Shown here: positions 19,640 to 27,898 of the stretch, piece after piece | How positions within the stretch are numbered: the stretch's first letter is position 1 | How the letters are laid out: each line of letters starts with the position of its first letter | Assembly: GCA_045630945.1 (NCBI GenBank) | Contig: JAZQTV010000113.1 | Coordinates: forward strand, 8,700 to 72,699 | From: Clostridia bacterium | Lineage (GTDB): Bacteria > Bacillota > Clostridia > Christensenellales > QALW01 | Direction of reading: 5' to 3' | DNA length: 64,000 nucleotides | Program-made: the position numbers and the translations under genes | Notes under the pieces: generated by a model | What the model saw: the letters and a program-made list of their open reading frames with translations, nothing else | Database searches by the model: none | What the model was told of the DNA's origin: nothing

Positions 19640-22600
19640 TTAGTTTTTGTATGTGACTGCAGATGCACCGTAATTGCTGAGCGCCTTTATAATCGTGCCA
19701 ACGGATGCATCGGTGTTTTTATTGTTGATGTATGCGTTTACGTTGTATTCAACCTTTGAAACAACCTCGCCGTTAAGCTTGATTTCTACGGTGTGTACGT
19801 CGTCAAATCCGGTTGCCTTAATAGCGTTGGTGAAAACCTTGTTATCAACTATTTCTGCTTTTGTACCGTCAACGAAAACTTCAGCATCGTCGGCAAGGCT
19901 TACCGAGAAATAAATTTTAACTACGTTTTCTACACGAACACCAATACCCGTTACCTTGTTGCTTGCATCGTTCTTAATTACGTTTCTTACGACGTTAGCA
20001 GGCACGGTAAATTCGCTGGGTGCAAGCCAAGTGAGGCCTGCAGTTGCGTAATCGTTTTGCTTATACTTCATATAATCCTGTGAATTTTTACCGTAAACAA
20101 GCATATCGGAAAGAAGGGTGATAAGCTCGGTGTATTTTGCAGCGGTTAAATCAAGGTCTGCGGCAGTTTTTGATGCAAGGTTGTTTGCATAAGCCTTTAC
20201 GGAATATTCTTCCTTTGAAGCAATAAGCTTGTTGCCTGCCATAAGTGAAGCAGAAATATTATCCGTCATACACTGGGGGTTAATGCCTGTGTACTCATAG
20301 GTGTAATAGCCTGTTGCGCTGTCGTACGTGCCTATAAGTGTAACCGTTGAACCGTTACGCGTTACGTCAAGCGTTGCATCAAGGTTATCCCAAAGGCGTG
20401 CGTGATAGGTAAGGGTAAGGCTTGCACCGATATCAAGGGTTGCACCTGCGATTTTTTCTGTGGGAAGCTCCTTAATGGTGCTGTAAGTTGTTCCACCCCT
20501 CGGGTTTGTTCCCTTGGAAAGAGCCTTCATAGATATGTTCAGTACTGCAAAATCTGAGGAATCCTTAGGAACAATTATATATGAGGTTCCTGCAGGGATA
20601 ATTTCTTCCGAGCTGATTGAATGTACGATTTCGGTTCTGAAGGTCAAGGTGCTTAAATCAACCTTAGTGCCGTTTTTATGGGTTGCCATACCGTTTTCAT
20701 CCACCTTAAACTCAAGGGTAAAATCAGCCTTCTGACCCTTCTTTATAAATCTGTCTACCTTTGTGGTGGAATCTATAAGATCATCATAGCCTGTCTGCAA
20801 CCATATTCTTATGTTAGCGTCATATTTACCTACGTTATATACGGTGTAGTGCTTTGTAATATAACCGTTTTCGTCAGCCATAGATGCGGTAAGACCTGTT
20901 GCATTTGCGGCACTTGTTCTAAAGTAAGGATATGCGTGGTAAATATCCTCGGTTACGTTGAACTGCATAGCGTTTACGTAAGGCTCAACCTCGGGAACGG
21001 TGCCGTCTGAAATGTATGCATCAAGCACTGCAAAAAGCTTTTCTGTTGCCTTATCGTGTCCGGAAGGTGCGGGATGAAGGTCATCATAGCCACCCGGAAC
21101 ACCCCAGGTTGCAGAATCAATAAGGTAAACGTTTTCGTCAAACTGTGAAACGATCATTTTTATCTGTATCGCTTTTGAACCGTTAAAGGGAGTCATACAG
21201 AAAATTACAACGTCGGGATTTATAGCCTTCAAATCGTTTATAAATTTAGTATAGTTAGCAATAAAGGTGCTGTTGTCTTTTGATGAATCGTTGGTTCCAA
21301 GATTGATAACGATATAATCGGGTACGTAATTGTTGTCATACACACCTGCGGCCGCAAGGGCTGTTTCCCTTGTGGTACCGTCGGTAGCCTTTATATATTC
21401 TCTCTGTGTGAAGTATCTTTCGCCCATTGTAAGGGGATCGGGACTGCTGGTCAATACCATACCGATACCGCCAAAGGCAACTGTGTTAAAGCCCCAACCG
21501 TACTTTGCATTGATCAGTCTGCCTGTTTTTAATGCATATGAGTTAAGGTAGCTGTTTGACGGAAGATCCTCAAGCTTATCAGCGGGATCAACGTAGCCTT
21601 CGGTAATGGAGTCACCGATGAATTCGATTTTCTTGGGTTGGTTTATGGGAAGGGTTTTTGCACCCTTATCAAGCTTGAAGCCTGCAATTGTAAATCTTGA
21701 AGCCTGCGCCGTTGCAAAAATCTTTAATGTATGCTCACCGTTTGCGAGTCCAATTTTATTTAAGCCGCCAACAGCACTTGTTGTATGGCTTAAAACACCG
21801 TCGAGCTCATAGTAAACGTTTCCGCTTGAGCCTGCGGCAGATGCAATTGAAGTACCTGTAAACTTGATTTCAACGTAGCTTTCAAACGCTGCCTGCTTGC
21901 TTGTTTCATTTACTGTATAGAAACGTCCCGAATAGTTAATGTTCTTGTCTGTTGCAGGAACGTTGCCGCTTTCGTATGTAACTGAACCGTCAGCATTTAC
22001 GATTCCGTCGTCTTCGTCAGGTGCGGCGGGTGAGTATGCAGTATTTGTGATTGTAGACACGCTGTAAGACCCCCAATCAGCCGTTTTACCGTTTTCGTCG
22101 CATTCCATAGTTGGATTGTTAATAATGTTTTCACCGTAATATCCGTCTGCATCCTGCTTTGCAAGGAAAACGGCATCAAATTCAACGTTGCATTTGCTGC
22201 CTATTTTATTGTTGGATACAAGAACTGTATTTATAAAGGTTACGGCTCTGTCATATACCTTGTTGGTCGTAAAGGTACCGCTTATCTTGTGCCATTCAGT
22301 ATCGGAAATGGTTGTACCACCGCCGTTAACGCTAGGCCAGCTTACACCGCTACCGTTCAAAGTAAGCTCAATACCCAATGATATTTTTATGGGTTCAGCA
22401 GGTGTTTCTGTAAGGCGAACGTATGCGCTATAATAATGGGTTCCGTTTTCAAAACGGCCTGTAAGTATCTGTGAAGGACCTGCCGTAGCGCCACTTCTGC
22501 CTTCAACGTGAAGTGCACCGCCCTCCTGAACGGGTATTGTAAGTGAGTTAGTCTTTGTAAATGAGCCATACGAACCCCAAGAGGCTGTATTGCCTGAGGA

Positions 22601-23173
22601 GTTAATGTTACACTCGGGGTTTAAAATAATGTTATCGCTGTACGTACCGTCAGAATTAGCCTTATAAAGAACGACAGCATCCAATTCAAAGGAGCCGGTA
22701 TAGGAACCGTCATTACTTGACATACCTGCGTAAAGTGTTTGTATAAAGGTTTTTGCCTGTGTGATTGTTGAAACGTCACCAAAGGTCGATACCTTCAATT
22801 CTACACGACCACCGATCTTGTGCCACTCGGTATCATCTATAGTGGCTGTTGCACCGGGCCACGTTGTTCCTGTTTCTCCGCTAGCGGCGGTATACATGCA
22901 TTCGATGCCCAAGGTAAAGGTTATGGGCTTATCGGGCGTTTCTAACAGACGCACGTATGCGTAAAAGTAATAGTCGCCCAATCCGTTGTTTAAAATAGAA
23001 TTGGTAATTGTCTGTGAAGGACTACTGGATCTGAACGTTCTGTTTGTTACAATAATGCTTGCACCGCGTTGTGTTAAAGTAGGTGCAGTGGTATTGCCTG
23101 CTGCAAAGGTTATCATACTGAAAAGTGAAATAACCATTGCAAGAATGATGACTGCGCTGATGATTCTTTTCAT
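19640..23173 (-). CDS. secreted multidomain SGNH/GDSL hydrolase with repeated CBM-like modules
   Basis: N-terminal signal peptide and two similar CBM-like modules (...YVRLxETPxxPI...DTEWHKI...). SGNH blocks FIGDSITEG, INLGTNDS and DDLHPAPSGH. TAA stop. Confidence 0.8.
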   Translation of the reverse strand: MKRIISAVIILAMVISLFSMITFAAGNTTAPTLTQRGASIIVTNRTFRSSSPSQTITNSILNNGLGDYYFYAYVRLLETPDKPITFTLGIECMYTAASGETGTTWPGATATIDDTEWHKIGGRVELKVSTFGDVSTITQAKTFIQTLYAGMSSNDGSYTGSFELDAVVLYKANSDGTYSDNIILNPECNINSSGNTASWGSYGSFTKTNSLTIPVQEGGALHVEGRSGATAGPSQILTGRFENGTHYYSAYVRLTETPAEPIKISLGIELTLNGSGVSWPSVNGGGTTISDTEWHKISGTFTTNKVYDRAVTFINTVLVSNNKIGSKCNVEFDAVFLAKQDADGYYGENIINNPTMECDENGKTADWGSYSVSTITNTAYSPAAPDEDDGIVNADGSVTYESGNVPATDKNINYSGRFYTVNETSKQAAFESYVEIKFTGTSIASAAGSSGNVYYELDGVLSHTTSAVGGLNKIGLANGEHTLKIFATAQASRFTIAGFKLDKGAKTLPINQPKKIEFIGDSITEGYVDPADKLEDLPSNSYLNSYALKTGRLINAKYGWGFNTVAFGGIGMVLTSSPDPLTMGERYFTQREYIKATDGTTRETALAAAGVYDNNYVPDYIVINLGTNDSSKDNSTFIANYTKFINDLKAINPDVVIFCMTPFNGSKAIQIKMIVSQFDENVYLIDSATWGVPGGYDDLHPAPSGHDKATEKLFAVLDAYISDGTVPEVEPYVNAMQFNVTEDIYHAYPYFRTSAANATGLTASMADENGYITKHYTVYNVGKYDANIRIWLQTGYDDLIDSTTKVDRFIKKGQKADFTLEFKVDENGMATHKNGTKVDLSTLTFRTEIVHSISSEEIIPAGTSYIIVPKDSSDFAVLNISMKALSKGTNPRGGTTYSTIKELPTEKIAGATLDIGASLTLTYHARLWDNLDATLDVTRNGSTVTLIGTYDSATGYYTYEYTGINPQCMTDNISASLMAGNKLIASKEEYSVKAYANNLASKTAADLDLTAAKYTELITLLSDMLVYGKNSQDYMKYKQNDYATAGLTWLAPSEFTVPANVVRNVIKNDASNKVTGIGVRVENVVKIYFSVSLADDAEVFVDGTKAEIVDNKVFTNAIKATGFDDVHTVEIKLNGEVVSKVEYNVNAYINNKNTDASVGTIIKALSNYGASAVTYKN

Positions 23174-23204
23174 ATGGGCCTCTCCTTAATATTATAATAT
23201 ACAT

Positions 23205-23234
23205 ATTATATAATTACACGTTACACTTTGTCAA
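23205..23234 (-). promoter_or_regulatory. promoter of the SGNH hydrolase gene
   Basis: Minus strand reads TTGACA (23229-23234), 18-nt spacer, TATAAT (23205-23210). Confidence 0.55.
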
Positions 23235-23363
23235 TACTTTGTTTATCTAAAATACAAAAATACACGTAAACAGGTGAGTGGGTTAATAATACTCAATCAG
23301 CACTTGAACTTTTGAAAAACGGCTACTGATTTTTCATATCTCCTTGACAAAAAACATAAAATA

Positions 23364-23392
23364 TTGACTTTTTGAGGTTTGATTTATATAAT
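23364..23392 (+). promoter_or_regulatory. promoter of the creatininase-family gene
   Basis: TTGACT (23364-23369), 17-nt spacer, TATAAT (23387-23392). Confidence 0.6.
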
Positions 23393-23426
23393 AATCGTAA
23401 CTAATGAAAGTTAAGGAGATACTTTT

Positions 23427-24314
23427 ATGAAATGGGAAGATCTTACCTCGCCTGAGTTTGATGAGGCTATTGAAAAATCAAAGGGCGTATGTGTTATGCC
23501 TTTGGGGTGTCTTGAAAGACACGGTGAGCATCTGGTAGTAGGATGTGACAGCTACAGCGCAAATTATATTTCAAACCTTGCGGCAGAAAAGGAGTACGCG
23601 GTAGTATTTCCTGCAGGCTTCTGGCTTGGCGAGGTTATACCTAATCACTCTAACGACCCTGAGCTTTTGAAGAAAAAACAGATCCGCGGTTACGTTTCCA
23701 TAAAGCCTCAGACGCTTTTAACGATTCTTGAAGAGCTTTGCGACGAAATACACCGCAACGGATTTGAAAAAATTCTTATTGTAACCGGTCATGGCGGCAA
23801 TAGTTTTCTGTTAAATCTGTTTGCAAGAGGTATTTTATATGAAAAACGCGATTATGCAGTTTTATGGACAAAACTCAACTTAAATCGCGGTCCCGAGGAT
23901 ATGACTGAATATTATAATCAGATCGTAGCAGATAAAAAACGCTTCGATTACATTACCGATGCCGATCTTGAAGTGCTGAAGCGCTTTGGGGAAACAGGTG
24001 CAGGCGGTGGTCATGCGGATTTTATTGAAGTTGCCGATTTGATCGGACAAGATCCTAAATTAGTGCGTCCTGAAAAATTTTATCAGGAAGGTAAAAGCAT
24101 TCATCGGATGGATCATATAACAAGCTTAGGTATTAACTTTGGAGGCGCGTGGATGGCAGACCATCCCGATGCATATAGCGGTTATGCGCCTATCGGCTGC
24201 AGTGAAACGATCGGCGAAGCTTTTTGTGATCTTGCCTCAGATATCCTTGCAAATAAAATAAAGGCGGTAAAGGAAGACACCGAATGCTTGAAAATAGCAA
24301 GAAGAGAAGACTGA
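23427..24314 (+). CDS. creatininase (creatinine amidohydrolase) family protein
   Basis: MPLGCLERHGEHLVVGCD and ILIVTGHGGN match the family's metal-binding blocks. AAGGAG RBS and TGA stop. Confidence 0.75.
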   Translation: MKWEDLTSPEFDEAIEKSKGVCVMPLGCLERHGEHLVVGCDSYSANYISNLAAEKEYAVVFPAGFWLGEVIPNHSNDPELLKKKQIRGYVSIKPQTLLTILEELCDEIHRNGFEKILIVTGHGGNSFLLNLFARGILYEKRDYAVLWTKLNLNRGPEDMTEYYNQIVADKKRFDYITDADLEVLKRFGETGAGGGHADFIEVADLIGQDPKLVRPEKFYQEGKSIHRMDHITSLGINFGGAWMADHPDAYSGYAPIGCSETIGEAFCDLASDILANKIKAVKEDTECLKIARRED

Positions 24315-24345
24315 GGATAAAATTTTAATACACGGCAAAAAAACA

Positions 24346-24368
24346 AAGGGCATCGTTTGATGCCCTTT
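24346..24368 (+). terminator. hairpin terminator after the creatininase-family gene
   Basis: Stem aagggcatc / gatgccctt with loop gttt and a short T-run. The stem sequence is the same as in the terminator at 19477-19506. Confidence 0.55.
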
Positions 24369-24369
24369 C

Positions 24370-24428
24370 AGAGCACTGACAAACCCTTACAAACATAGCA
24401 CCCTGCAAAATTTTGCAGGGTGCTATTT
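24370..24428. repeat. 59-bp repeat element, copy A (contains a 15-bp perfect-stem hairpin)
   Basis: agagcactgacaaacccttacaaacatagcaccctgcaaaattttgcagggtgctattt. Nearly identical to 38071-38130, with one substitution and one loop indel. Confidence 0.85.
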
Positions 24429-24782
24429 TCATTTTGTATTCTCCTTAGCGGTTCTACAAGAAGCGATCAGCATAACACGCAAAGACGTACATTTTGCAGA
24501 AAGCGCTTTATATGATTGTTCATCGATGTAGTTGGTTTTGTGTAATAATTCAAGCCAATAGCCTGTTTCGCTTGCTTCTTTTAAGGCAATTTCAAGTTTT
24601 GAAACAAAGTCTTTCTTGCCTTGTGCGTACTGTGCTTCATGGATGTTGGCACCGATGCTCGTTCCGCTTCTGCCGATTTGGTTAGAAATAATAGATTCGT
24701 GGTTAGATTTTAAATGCTTTACAAGGTTGATAATATCAATAGAGAATTCCATTGACAGTTCTGCCAGCTTATTTTCCTTCAC
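24429..24782 (-). CDS. four-helix-bundle protein (23S rRNA intervening-sequence protein / Avd-like family)
   Basis: 117 aa; GTG start 7 nt after AGGAGG. IGRSGTSIGANIHEAQYAQGKKDFVSKLEIALKEASETGYWLELL is the hallmark of the TIGR02436-type family (recalled). TGA stop abuts repeat copy A. Confidence 0.8.
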   Translation of the reverse strand: MKENKLAELSMEFSIDIINLVKHLKSNHESIISNQIGRSGTSIGANIHEAQYAQGKKDFVSKLEIALKEASETGYWLELLHKTNYIDEQSYKALSAKCTSLRVMLIASCRTAKENTK

Positions 24783-24803
24783 GTAATCGCCTCCTTTAAA
24801 GAC

Positions 24804-24832
24804 ATTATATCATAAAATCCAGGATATTTCAA
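24804..24832 (-). promoter_or_regulatory. extended -10 promoter of the four-helix-bundle gene
   Basis: Minus strand reads TTGAAA (24827-24832), 17-nt spacer, TGATATAAT (24804-24812). Confidence 0.6.
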
Positions 24833-25002
24833 TGATGCATCGCCTACGGCGATATGATGCATTTGCTTTGCAAATATGATGTTGCTCCACTTCATTTTGC
24901 AATGATGCGATGTTTGCCATAAAATGTGGCGAAGCCACACATCATTTGCGAAGCGAACATCATTAGGCGAAGCCGTCATCATTTGCCGAAGGCAAACATC
25001 AT
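24832..25002. repeat. convergent array of eight ATGATG + short-hairpin units
   Basis: Plus strand has ATGATG at 24832, 24854, 24876 and 24902 (spacings 22, 22, 26). Its complement CATCAT is at 24940, 24958, 24977 and 24997 (spacings 18, 19, 20). Each hexamer sits next to a small hairpin; central palindrome tgtggcgaagccaca at 24925-24939. Confidence 0.8.
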
Positions 25003-25003
25003 T

Positions 25004-25040
25004 CAAAAAACGCACCTTTGTCAGTAGACAAAAGTGCGTT
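25004..25040 (-). terminator. terminator downstream of tRNA-Ala
   Basis: 13-14-bp stem (acgcacctttgtc / gacaaaagtgcgt, one G-U pair on the minus-strand RNA) with loop agta, then a T-run on the minus strand. Confidence 0.75.
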
Positions 25041-25046
25041 TTTTGT

Positions 25047-25122
25047 TGGTGGAGATAGGCGGACTCGAACCGCTGGCCTGTTACATGCGAAGCAACCGCT
25101 CTACCAACTGAGCTATATCCCC
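25047..25122 (-). tRNA. tRNA-Ala (anticodon CGC), CCA encoded
   Basis: 76-nt cloverleaf folded by hand. Acceptor GGGGATA/TATCTCC with the G3:U70 alanine identity pair, D arm GCTC/GAGC, anticodon stem GTTGC/GTAAC with loop TTCGCAT, T loop TTCGAGT. One A49-C65 mismatch at the base of the T stem. Confidence 0.93.
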
Positions 25123-25272
25123 GTTACGCATATTATTTTATCACAAAAAACAAAAAACGCAAGCAAATTATGAAAAAATTAGCAACAATATTTTATCGAA
25201 TTCGACAAATTAGTATGTACTTTCGATTAAATATATGTTATAATATAAAAAAACGTACGGGGAATTGGTAAT

Positions 25273-26496
25273 ATGCGAAGAATATTTAAAATTCTTATTG
25301 CGGCGATAATTTTGCCGTGCCTTCTTTTTGCAGGCTGTGCGAAGAACGTTATTATTGAGGTATACAGTGCCGAAAACAACGTTCTTGTAAATAAACACGT
25401 TAAGGTTGAAACACTTTCGCCTGAGGTTGTGTTGCAGCAACTTTCACTTGCAGGGATGATTTCTGAAAATATTACGGTCAATGATTTTAAAAGTGAGGGC
25501 GGAGATAACGGCAGATATCTTACCATTGACCTTGGCGGTGATTTTACATCGTGGCTTTCCTCGCAGGAAGCATCGCTTCAAAAACTTATTATGCAATCAC
25601 TTGCCAACACCTTTATACATAACTATTCTGCAACGGATATTCTTGTGCTTTCGGACGGCGCGCCCATAAAAACGGGGCTTAATGATTTTTCGGGCAAGCT
25701 TTATTACGTGCAGGTGGGTACGACTCTTGAACAGATAGTAACCACACCGCCTGCAACGGCTGAGGTAATAACACCCACACCAACGCCTGAAATTACCCCC
25801 GAAGCAACAAAAGCACCGGCAACAACACCGGGACAGACACCACAAGGTCCATTTGCAACCCCTGAACGTGCTGAAGGCAAAAAATACGTTGCCATAACTT
25901 TTGATGACGGACCGCACAGTAAATACACCACTATGTTAGTGGACAAGCTTAAGGAATACAATGCTTCGGCAACCTTCTTTATAGTCGGCAACAGGGTTGA
26001 TTCCACTACTGCATCTGCAATAAAGTACGTTACCGATAACGGTTCCGAGCTTGCAATTCACGGCTATACTCATACAAAGTATTACAATAAATGTACCGAT
26101 GCGGAGTTTAAGGAAGAGCTTTCCAAAACTGCCGATGCAATAAAAAATGCCACGGGTACGGTGCCTACCCTCATGCGCCCACCGGGTGGAAGCATTACTA
26201 ACGATCGCGTTAAGGCGTCGGGGTATTCAGTAATACTGTGGAACGTTGATTCTGAGGACTGGAAGCATAAGAAGAACGATCAGTCCGAAGTTGATGCGAT
26301 AGTAAGCAACGTAATGAATAACGTTAGTGACGGAAGTATAGTTTTAATGCACGAATTGTATGAAAATTCGTACAAGGCATTCTGCGTTATAATCGAACAG
26401 CTTTATGCACAGGGATATGAGGTTGTTACGGTTTCCGAACTTTTAGGTACGCAAAATACCGTGCCGGGAACGAAGTATTACAGTGCAAAGAAATAA
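25273..26496 (+). CDS. polysaccharide deacetylase (NodB domain) lipoprotein
   Basis: Lipobox LLFAGC, a Pro/Thr-rich linker and NodB motifs VAITFDDGP, HGYTH and MRPPGG. TAA stop plus terminator. Confidence 0.85.
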   Translation: MRRIFKILIAAIILPCLLFAGCAKNVIIEVYSAENNVLVNKHVKVETLSPEVVLQQLSLAGMISENITVNDFKSEGGDNGRYLTIDLGGDFTSWLSSQEASLQKLIMQSLANTFIHNYSATDILVLSDGAPIKTGLNDFSGKLYYVQVGTTLEQIVTTPPATAEVITPTPTPEITPEATKAPATTPGQTPQGPFATPERAEGKKYVAITFDDGPHSKYTTMLVDKLKEYNASATFFIVGNRVDSTTASAIKYVTDNGSELAIHGYTHTKYYNKCTDAEFKEELSKTADAIKNATGTVPTLMRPPGGSITNDRVKASGYSVILWNVDSEDWKHKKNDQSEVDAIVSNVMNNVSDGSIVLMHELYENSYKAFCVIIEQLYAQGYEVVTVSELLGTQNTVPGTKYYSAKK

Positions 26497-26500
26497 AATA

Positions 26501-26527
26501 AAAAGCGGAGAATTCTCCGCTTTTTTG
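26501..26527. terminator. bidirectional rho-independent terminator
   Basis: Palindrome gcggagaattctccgc flanked by an A-run and T6. Confidence 0.7.
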
Positions 26528-27898
26528 TTACAGTGTTACACCGTCTTTGAAGATGGAAATTTCTTCGTAGCCGTTTAATTCGTTCTTTGTTTTTTCACCC
26601 TAGGCAACGGAAATTACGTAGTCAAAAAGTTCTTTTGTAAGCTCGTTGCCTTCAAGGGTTTTAGAAGCATCAAAGTCTATCCAACCTGATTTTTTTGTAG
26701 CTAAAATATTGTTGGTTGCGATTTTTACCGTGGGAATTGCGCTTCCTAACGGTGTGCCTCTACCTGTGGTAAACAGTATAAGATGCACACCTGCAGCCAT
26801 AAGATTTGTAACTGCAACAATATCGTTACCGGGACCGTTTAACAGTGAAAGACCGTTCTTTGTTACAGTATCACCGTAATCGAGTACGTCAACAACCGCT
26901 GAAAGACCACCCTTTTGCACACAACCTAATGATTTTTCTTCAAGGGTGGTAATTCCGCCATCCTTATTGCCTGGCGAGGGATTTTCGTATATTACCTAAT
27001 TATGACTTTCAAAATACGCCTTAAAATTATTTATAAGCGAAACGGTTTTATCAAACACTTCTTTTGTAGTGCAGCGCTTCATAAGTAAATGCTCTGCGCC
27101 AAACATTTCGGGAACCTCGGTCAGTACACAGCTTCCGCCCATTGAAACAAGCATATCACAGAATCTGCCTACAAGTGGGTTTGCGGTTATGCCTGAAAAG
27201 CCGTCGCTTCCGCCGCATTTAAGACCGATTTTTAAGCGCGAAACGTTGATAGCCTCTCGCTTAAAGGCGCTTGCGTATTCCTTAAGCTCGTTTATAAGTT
27301 TTACGCCCTCCTGAATTTCATCTTCAACGTCCTGCGTGTTTAAAAATTTTACGCGCTTTTCGTTCCAAGTGCCAAGAACCTTTTTGAATTCAGTAATATT
27401 GTTGTTTTCGCAACCAAGTCCAAGCACTAGCACACCTGCGGCATTAGGGTGATTAACCATGCCCTTAAGTATCTTTTGCGTAACGCTTTGGTCGTCGCCA
27501 AGCTGTGAACAGCCAAAGGGATGCTCAAAGCACTTTGCACCTGTCAAAAGCGCAAGCTTCTTTGAAACCTTGTTCACACAGCCTACGGTGTTTATTATCC
27601 ATATATCGTTTCTTATGCCCACGTCACCGTTTTCGCGTATATAGCCGTAAAAGTAAAGGTCGGTTTCTTTGATTTTTACGTAGCTTTCACTTGGCGCATA
27701 CGTGTATTCGATTTTACCCGAAAGATTGGTCTTAAGGTTGTGGACGTGCACGTGCTCATCCTTTTTTATATCCTCGGTTGCGTGACCGATAGGCTGACCG
27801 TATTTTATGATATTTTCACCCTTTTTTATGTCAAAACGTGCATATTTGTGACCGTTTTCAGTATTAACGTATACGTTGTCAAGATTGTTTATTATCAT
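26528..27898 (-). pseudogene. uxaA: altronate dehydratase (UxaA) with two in-frame TAG codons (pseudogene or amber read-through)
   Basis: One frame reads ...[12 protein letters not shown](26996-26998)[30 protein letters not shown]...DYVISVA-TAG(26600-26602)-GEKTKNELNGYEEISIFKDGVTL-TAA(26528-26530). Hallmark UxaA blocks continue unbroken after both TAGs and there are no frameshifts. Confidence 0.85.

Noticed and set aside
24826-25003. Possible CRISPR array.
   Set aside because: The units are only 18-26 bp in total, with no alternation of constant repeat and unique spacer. Their orientation flips mid-array, and no cas genes are present in the window.
24779-25015. 78-aa ORF (MRFLNDVCLRQMM...) between tRNA-Ala and the four-helix-bundle gene.
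   Set aside because: Its periodic NDV.. pattern is simply the ATGATG/hairpin repeat array read as codons. It spans the tRNA terminator and the neighbouring gene's promoter and RBS.
26528-27898. Pyrrolysine as the explanation for the in-frame TAGs.
   Set aside because: Pyrrolysine is known essentially only in methylamine methyltransferases. No pylT or pylSBCD genes are present in this window, and the affected genes (uxaA, a phosphoesterase) have no precedent for it. This cannot be fully excluded without the whole genome, so only this specific explanation is set aside.
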